From the NCBI GenBank assembly GCA_024635495.1, contig JAGXIT010000003.1, positions 9,386-73,385 on the forward strand: a stretch of 64,000 bases of DNA. Reading direction: 5' to 3'. The position numbers and the translations under genes are program-made. The notes below the pieces were generated by a model. The model was not told where the DNA came from, did no database searches, and was given only the letters and a program-made list of their open reading frames with translations. Position 1 is the stretch's first letter. Every line of letters starts with the position of its first letter. The DNA comes from Candidatus Saccharimonadota bacterium. Lineage in GTDB: Bacteria > Patescibacteriota > Saccharimonadia > Saccharimonadales > UBA4665. Shown here piece after piece: positions 58,990 to 64,000 of the stretch.

Positions 58990-60801
58990 TTATGCGCTAT
59001 CGGCTGAAGCTACGCGATTAATTTCCTGTACGGTTGTTTGTCCCTCGAGAGCCTTCAGATATCCATCTTGTCGCATGGTAATCATGCCCTCTTTTTGTGC
59101 CTGAGCCTGGATCTCTGAACTCGTTGCCCGATTGAGGATAAGCTGCTGTATCTGCTCGCTTACTTCAAAAACTTCGTACAATCCCATGCGACCCTTGTAG
59201 CCGCCGGGTGAGTCAGGGCTATCCTTACCCTTCTTTAAAGTATAAGCGTTATCACCTGCCAAAGGCAAGTTATCATGCCCAAGGTCTTTTGAGATATCTG
59301 GAATTTGCTTTGCGTCCTGCGGTAGCAGGCCACTGAGCGCCTCTTTCACCGCAACAGTTTCTGCTGCTCCAGATTGATACTCCTCAGCATTCTTGCTATT
59401 GCGGCGGACTAGTCGCTGACCAATGACAACGTGCACCGTGCTGGCAATAAGGAATGGCTCGATGCCCATATCGAGTAAACGCGGCAAGATACCGGCGGCA
59501 CTATTTGTGTGCAACGTGCTGAAGACAAGGTGTCCCGTGAGACTCGCTTGCACGGCAAGTTCGGCCGTCTCTTTGTCTCGAATCTCACCGACCATCACGA
59601 TATCTGGGTCCTGGCGGAGGATAGAACGCAAACCACTACCAAAGGTCAAGCCTATATCAGCATTTACCTGAATCTGATTGATGCCATCCATTTTGTATTC
59701 AACTGGATCTTCAAGTGTCACGATGTTTACTGCATCAGATTTAATCTCTTGGAGTAGCGCGTACAGACTTGTCGATTTACCCGAACCAGTTGGCCCAGAG
59801 GTTAGAATCATGCCGTTCGTTCGCTCAAGACCCTTTTTTATCGTGCGAAGGCTTCGTCCGGTATAGCCCATGTCTTCAAGTTTAAAGCTCGTACCGGTTT
59901 TGTCGAGCAGACGAATAACGACCTGCTCTCCCCATACGACGGGACTAATCGATATACGAAGATCTATTTCTTTACCAACGACATTTATCGTAAATTCGCC
60001 ATCCTGGGGTATACGGTGCTCATCAATCTTGAGACTTGCTAAAATCTTAATACGAGATACCAGGGGGGGCTCGGTACTCTTCGGCAATACCATGATTTCA
60101 CGCAATATTCCGTCGATACGACAGCGAATTTTCAAACTTTCTTTGAGTGGCTCGATGTGTACATCACTTGCATTATTCTTTGCAGCATACTCAAGAATCG
60201 TCGAGAGTGCTTTACTGATCGGTGAATCTTGCACGATAGTCTTTATCGATTCCTGTGAGCCAACCTTCTTTTTGATGTCTTCCTCTCGGGATGCAGACAT
60301 CTCAACACTGACGTTTTCACCAAGCTGGCCTATTTCATCAACAACCCTATCGGATATTTTAGAATCATATTGGTGTAGTACCTGGCGGATACCCTCTTCG
60401 CTCGCCGCATACACACGAAGCGCTCGGCCAATACGGTTGCTCAGGAAATCAACTGCCTGGACATTATCAGCATCGAGCATCGCAACCACAAGGCGATTTT
60501 GCATTTCACCGAGCGGAACTGCCATGTAGCGCTCAGCGACATCTTTTGGCAGGAGCTCGAGCACCTTTGATTCAACCTTTGCTTCGAGTAGGTTCACATA
60601 GGGTACCTTCGAGACTTGAGCGATTGTTTTGGTCAGCTGCTCATTGGTTACTTTGCCGCTCGTTACAAGCATCGAAAAGAATGGTGTACCGGTATCTTTT
60701 GATTGAGTTTTTAATTCTGATAGATCTGCCCGAGTAAGCGTCTTGTTTTCAACAAGCTTATCTTCGACCTGCGATTGTGCGGTTGCGGAGAGGACACTCA
60801 C
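58990..60801 (-). CDS. pilB: Type IV pilus assembly ATPase PilB (GspE family)
   Basis: 603 aa. N-terminal T2SSE-N-like domain. GPTGSGKSTSLYALL, VTLEDPVEY and GHLVFSTLHTNSA. Confidence 0.92.
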   Translation of the reverse strand: MSVLSATAQSQVEDKLVENKTLTRADLSELKTQSKDTGTPFFSMLVTSGKVTNEQLTKTIAQVSKVPYVNLLEAKVESKVLELLPKDVAERYMAVPLGEMQNRLVVAMLDADNVQAVDFLSNRIGRALRVYAASEEGIRQVLHQYDSKISDRVVDEIGQLGENVSVEMSASREEDIKKKVGSQESIKTIVQDSPISKALSTILEYAAKNNASDVHIEPLKESLKIRCRIDGILREIMVLPKSTEPPLVSRIKILASLKIDEHRIPQDGEFTINVVGKEIDLRISISPVVWGEQVVIRLLDKTGTSFKLEDMGYTGRSLRTIKKGLERTNGMILTSGPTGSGKSTSLYALLQEIKSDAVNIVTLEDPVEYKMDGINQIQVNADIGLTFGSGLRSILRQDPDIVMVGEIRDKETAELAVQASLTGHLVFSTLHTNSAAGILPRLLDMGIEPFLIASTVHVVIGQRLVRRNSKNAEEYQSGAAETVAVKEALSGLLPQDAKQIPDISKDLGHDNLPLAGDNAYTLKKGKDSPDSPGGYKGRMGLYEVFEVSEQIQQLILNRATSSEIQAQAQKEGMITMRQDGYLKALEGQTTVQEINRVASADSA

Positions 60802-60810
60802 AGCAATCCC

Positions 60811-61062
60811 TTATTGGCTTGTGCCGTTAAATGGATTTTGATTTGTGCCGGAGCCAATTTCTGAGTCAATCGTTGGGTTGATGCTATCTTTGTTGAAATA
60901 GCGCGAATCAGGTTGTTGAAAATCAGTAGATATAACGTCCACAACCTCAACCTCTTGCTGACGATTTTCTGATGTAACGAAAATTTTTCCTGTCACCAAT
61001 AGCGATAGTACTGCACTTACGAATGCAACGATGATGATGGTTGCTATGTCTTTTTGCTTCAT
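60811..61062 (-). CDS. Small single-pass membrane protein within the pilus operon
   Basis: 83 aa. TM IATIIIVAFVSAVLSLLVTG. Occupies the PilP-like position, but no similarity was recognised. Confidence 0.5.
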   Translation of the reverse strand: MKQKDIATIIIVAFVSAVLSLLVTGKIFVTSENRQQEVEVVDVISTDFQQPDSRYFNKDSINPTIDSEIGSGTNQNPFNGTSQ

Positions 61063-61733
61063 TTCACAACCTTTGTCTGGATATTAAGTGACTTGCCTGG
61101 TTGGTAATACGTCTGTGCCTGTACTACGAGCGAGAGGTTGTTTGGATCTGCACCTGTTATATCGAAGCTCATGACTTGTATCGGTCGAATTGAACGCTCA
61201 AATGCACTTATGACATTTTGTAATCCGGTGTAACTACCGGTCACCGAGACATTGAATGGTATTGCGATTGGTTCTGGGTTTACGCTCGATTGATTTTCGG
61301 ATTGGCTGACCTCATCGTCGGTACCAGATATTGAATTTATCTTGACATTTAATCCACTCAAAAGTGTTTCGAGATTGGTCGTAAGGCTCGGAAAATCATA
61401 CGCGCTTGGTAGTGCATCAAGGATAATCTTTGCGTTATCACCGTCCTGTCGGCCAGCTCCTTCTGGGTTTCCACCGAGTGCATTTTGAGCAGTGGAAACA
61501 AATGCGTTGTACGATGTTTTGAGCGTATCAACAGCACTTATGTCATCCTTGAGCTGATTCACCGCCTCCCGCTTTGCATCAATCACACGGTTTTGGTACG
61601 TCGCCTGGCTCACTAGTGCTTTTGTGGCGACCATAGAAAATGCCGTAATTGCTGCTGCGATGCCTACGACAATCACAATACGGGCATTTGCCTTATCTAT
61701 GAGTGCGCGCTTGCTTGATTGCGATCCTGCCAT
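61059..61733 (-). CDS. pilO: PilO-like pilus alignment protein
   Basis: 224 aa. N-terminal TM IVIVVGIAAAITAFSMVA, a coiled-coil segment, then an alpha/beta C-terminal domain. Assigned by gene order after pilN. Confidence 0.6.
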   Translation of the reverse strand: MAGSQSSKRALIDKANARIVIVVGIAAAITAFSMVATKALVSQATYQNRVIDAKREAVNQLKDDISAVDTLKTSYNAFVSTAQNALGGNPEGAGRQDGDNAKIILDALPSAYDFPSLTTNLETLLSGLNVKINSISGTDDEVSQSENQSSVNPEPIAIPFNVSVTGSYTGLQNVISAFERSIRPIQVMSFDITGADPNNLSLVVQAQTYYQPGKSLNIQTKVVK

Positions 61734-61735
61734 CT

Positions 61736-62386
61736 TTATGCTCCCGTCCCAAACACATTTGAACTATCTGCTGCTGCAGTACTCGGTACAACTAAGTTTA
61801 TTTTGTTTGCGGCATTGAATATTTGCAGATCAAAATTCATAGTTATGGTAAATGTTGCACCCTTATCATCCCTGCCAAAGTTGCTCAGCACGACACTGCT
61901 AAAAGCCTTGGCTGGATTGGTATCACCCTCAATCGTATACTCGGTGACCTTCAGGGTATCAGTGAATAAGCTAACTGTGTCGAGCGTTGGTGCGCTACCT
62001 CCAATATTCATAGAATTGTCCGAGAAATCAATCGTTATCTTATTTAGGCTAGCCTGGGCTGGCGTAACCTTGGAGATATAGTCAAAAAGTCGACTAGTAA
62101 CTGGTTTGCTGTCATGTAGTTGGGTGAGTGTACTGAGTTGATTCTGTACGGTAAGTATTTTGCTTAGGTCAGGAACCTCCTGAAGTTGTTGGCTATATGT
62201 AGAGATATCTTTGTTGAGATCGTTGAGGCTTTTTTTCTGAATAACGTTGACCATAAATAATGAAAAGAGCAGCACAACAATAGCGGCGACAGATACGACG
62301 ATTGATATAAGTGTGAGGAGATACTTGGTTCGACGCGTTCGTACATACTCAAGTTTTACGTTAGGGAGAAGGTTGAATTGCACCAT
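61736..62386 (-). CDS. pilN: PilN-like pilus alignment protein
   Basis: 216 aa. MVQFNLLPNVKLEY (the conserved INLLP-type N-terminus), followed by a TM. Confidence 0.7.
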   Translation of the reverse strand: MVQFNLLPNVKLEYVRTRRTKYLLTLISIVVSVAAIVVLLFSLFMVNVIQKKSLNDLNKDISTYSQQLQEVPDLSKILTVQNQLSTLTQLHDSKPVTSRLFDYISKVTPAQASLNKITIDFSDNSMNIGGSAPTLDTVSLFTDTLKVTEYTIEGDTNPAKAFSSVVLSNFGRDDKGATFTITMNFDLQIFNAANKINLVVPSTAAADSSNVFGTGA

Positions 62387-62388
62387 GA

Positions 62389-63429
62389 TTATTCGACCCT
62401 CTGGGCTAATCCGGCTGCGACACCGAACATATTAGATACACCGAGCAACTCATTCTGGCGGTCACCAGAAAATGCAACATTTCGCCATGCATTACCAATC
62501 TCAACATTTATGCCGAACTTATTTGCGAGATAGAGTGGGAATTCGGGAATAGTGGAGGCACCCCCAGTCACAATCATGCGTTCTATTGGGACATCAGGAT
62601 AGCGTGTCTGGAAGAATTTAACTGATTTGTCTATTTCACTGACGAGTAAATCTATAGTACCAATGATAGCCTGGAATACTTGTCCATCGAGCTTATCCTT
62701 GCTCACGCCAAACTTATAGACAAATTGCTTTGCTTGATTCTCATCGATGTTCAGGTTCTGCATTGCCGCACGGACAATAGCCTCAGCTCCAGTTGGGATT
62801 GAGCGCGTGAGTCGTGGCGCATCACCCATGGTGATAACAAGGTCAGTGCCCAGCTGCCCAACGTCCAGAACAAGCTGTGGCGCCGTCGTGCCAGTCGGTA
62901 TTAACGCTCGCGAAATCGCCAGATTATCTGGCTCAAAAGCAACGACATTGAGGCCAATTGACTCAATCATATCAAGGCGTGCTTCGATAAAAGCATTCGG
63001 AACGCTTGTGAGAAGAATCTCGAGCTTGGTCTTGTCCTTAGGTGAATCGCCGATTGCAGCCCAATCGATTTTAGATTCGGCTGGTGGCGTCGGGATAAGC
63101 GAGTCTGCTTGGTACATAAGCGCTTTGCCAAGCTCATTTTCTGGCACACGGTCGAAGTCGACAACTGTCGTAAAGACGCGATTACTCGGTAGCCCTACCG
63201 CGACATTCTTTGTAGTCAGCTTCGCCTCAGCTACGAGATTTGCGAGTACCTGAGCAAGTTTTTGCCTATCAGATTTACTATCACTTTGTGCGAGTTTTAC
63301 ATCTATTGGCACATAGGCATACTTCACGAGAGTCCTCGTGGGGCCTGTGCCCTTCAATTCAACCAGTCGCAGGCCAGTCGTCCCGATGTCAAGTCCGAAA
63401 AAAGATGATACCCCACTCAATATACTCAT
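62389..63429 (-). CDS. pilM: Type IV pilus assembly protein PilM (actin-like ATPase)
   Basis: 346 aa. FGLDIGTTGLRLVEL and LVLDVGQLGTDLVI actin-fold motifs. First gene of the pilus operon. Confidence 0.88.
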   Translation of the reverse strand: MSILSGVSSFFGLDIGTTGLRLVELKGTGPTRTLVKYAYVPIDVKLAQSDSKSDRQKLAQVLANLVAEAKLTTKNVAVGLPSNRVFTTVVDFDRVPENELGKALMYQADSLIPTPPAESKIDWAAIGDSPKDKTKLEILLTSVPNAFIEARLDMIESIGLNVVAFEPDNLAISRALIPTGTTAPQLVLDVGQLGTDLVITMGDAPRLTRSIPTGAEAIVRAAMQNLNIDENQAKQFVYKFGVSKDKLDGQVFQAIIGTIDLLVSEIDKSVKFFQTRYPDVPIERMIVTGGASTIPEFPLYLANKFGINVEIGNAWRNVAFSGDRQNELLGVSNMFGVAAGLAQRVE

Positions 63430-63510
63430 ATTACCTCGATTATAGCATGAGCGTTATGGAGTGGCGCAAGGAGTTTTTTCTTCTTTAGCATATCTAGCAA
63501 GGTTTTGAGC

Positions 63511-64000
63511 CTACAAAATCGGTGGCAAGCTCACGTAAGAGTCCCAATCACTCCCGTTAATTCCGCTCGTATTAGCACTCGGTGCCAGCCAAACCTCCGG
63601 TGAATAGATGAAGTTTTCTGCGGGTAAAGCAAGTACTCCACTGCCATGAACTGTACCGTAGGTGCGGCTGAGAATGAGTTGGTTAGCAACCACGGTGCCA
63701 TAGACAGTAAGCTGACGGTTACAAAGATTGAATGCATTTGCGGTTGTATTGAGATTTACGGGAGTGTTATTTGCCGTTGCACAGCTATAAAAATCACCGG
63801 ACGAATAAAACACGCCGTGGACTATATTTACATCATTGTCGACATAAATGTTACCGTTTTGCACAATGACCGTTAGGCGCGGGATACTACCGAGTGCATA
63901 TGCTCCATAGTTGATATTACCCCTGATAAATAAATTTCCTGATGTTACGAAAATAGTGATGTTTCTGCCAGCTGGGATACTACTTGCCGATAAGGTAAGA
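63511..64000 (-). CDS. C-terminal part of a larger protein with beta-helix-like Asn/Gly-rich repeats (runs off the right edge)
   Basis: The reading frame stays open upstream of the track start, up to position 64000 (...LTLSASSIPAGRNITIFVTSGNLFIRGNINYGAYALGSIPRLTVIVQNGNIYVDNDVNIVHGVFYSSGDFYSC...). No family recognised. Confidence 0.55.
   Translation of the reverse strand, partial: LTLSASSIPAGRNITIFVTSGNLFIRGNINYGAYALGSIPRLTVIVQNGNIYVDNDVNIVHGVFYSSGDFYSCATANNTPVNLNTTANAFNLCNRQLTVYGTVVANQLILSRTYGTVHGSGVLALPAENFIYSPEVWLAPSANTSGINGSDWDSYVSLPPIL

Noticed and set aside
59870-60529. 219-aa plus-strand ORF inside pilB
   Set aside because: It is antisense to a full-length GspE-family ATPase, and its Ser/Ile/Arg-rich composition looks like a reverse frame.

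Overview
The window reads as a chromosomal segment of a Saccharibacteria (TM7) / CPR-type bacterium. The 16S gene carries exact matches to what I recall as the TM7305 and TM7905 probe targets. The rRNAs carry lineage-style expansion segments, and a secretin-less type IV pilus locus is present. Coding density is high and most genes are on the minus strand.

Content from left to right:
- ftsZ (truncated at the edge)-ftsA-map-adk-yqeY-rpsU
- priA-def-fmt
- infB and rpsA
- a four-gene secreted/membrane protein operon (12.8-17.2 kb)
- a complete rRNA operon on the minus strand, ordered 16S - tRNA-Ala - tRNA-Ile - 23S - 5S
- gyrB-gyrA
- an orphan VirD4/TraG-like ATPase with two small partner genes
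- comM, infC-rpmI-rplT and RNase P RNA
- a pterin-dehydratase/RNase H fusion
- thrS-(HAD nucleotidase)-(ATL)-miaA
- a 1.3-kb noncoding island (44.1-45.4 kb) holding a T-box-like thrS leader, tRNA-Val with a halo of tRNA-Val fragments, and an orphan promoter-terminator RNA unit upstream of nrdR
- a GT2 glycosyltransferase
- a tRNA-Gly/Thr/Asp cluster, then ndk and a Xer-type recombinase
- an 11-kb type IV pilus operon (pilM-N-O-B-T-C-A-D plus four pilin-like genes)

No CRISPR array, transposase, prophage or recognisable defence system was seen.

The most interesting candidates for new biology are:
- the WxL-locus-like surface operon, whose membrane protein has a LysM module on the apparently cytoplasmic side
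- the TM-less coupling-protein-like ATPase module
- the noncoding island around tRNA-Val

All calls come from reading motifs and translations by eye. No similarity search or folding program was run, RNA ends are approximate (about +/-10 nt), and family names are from memory.
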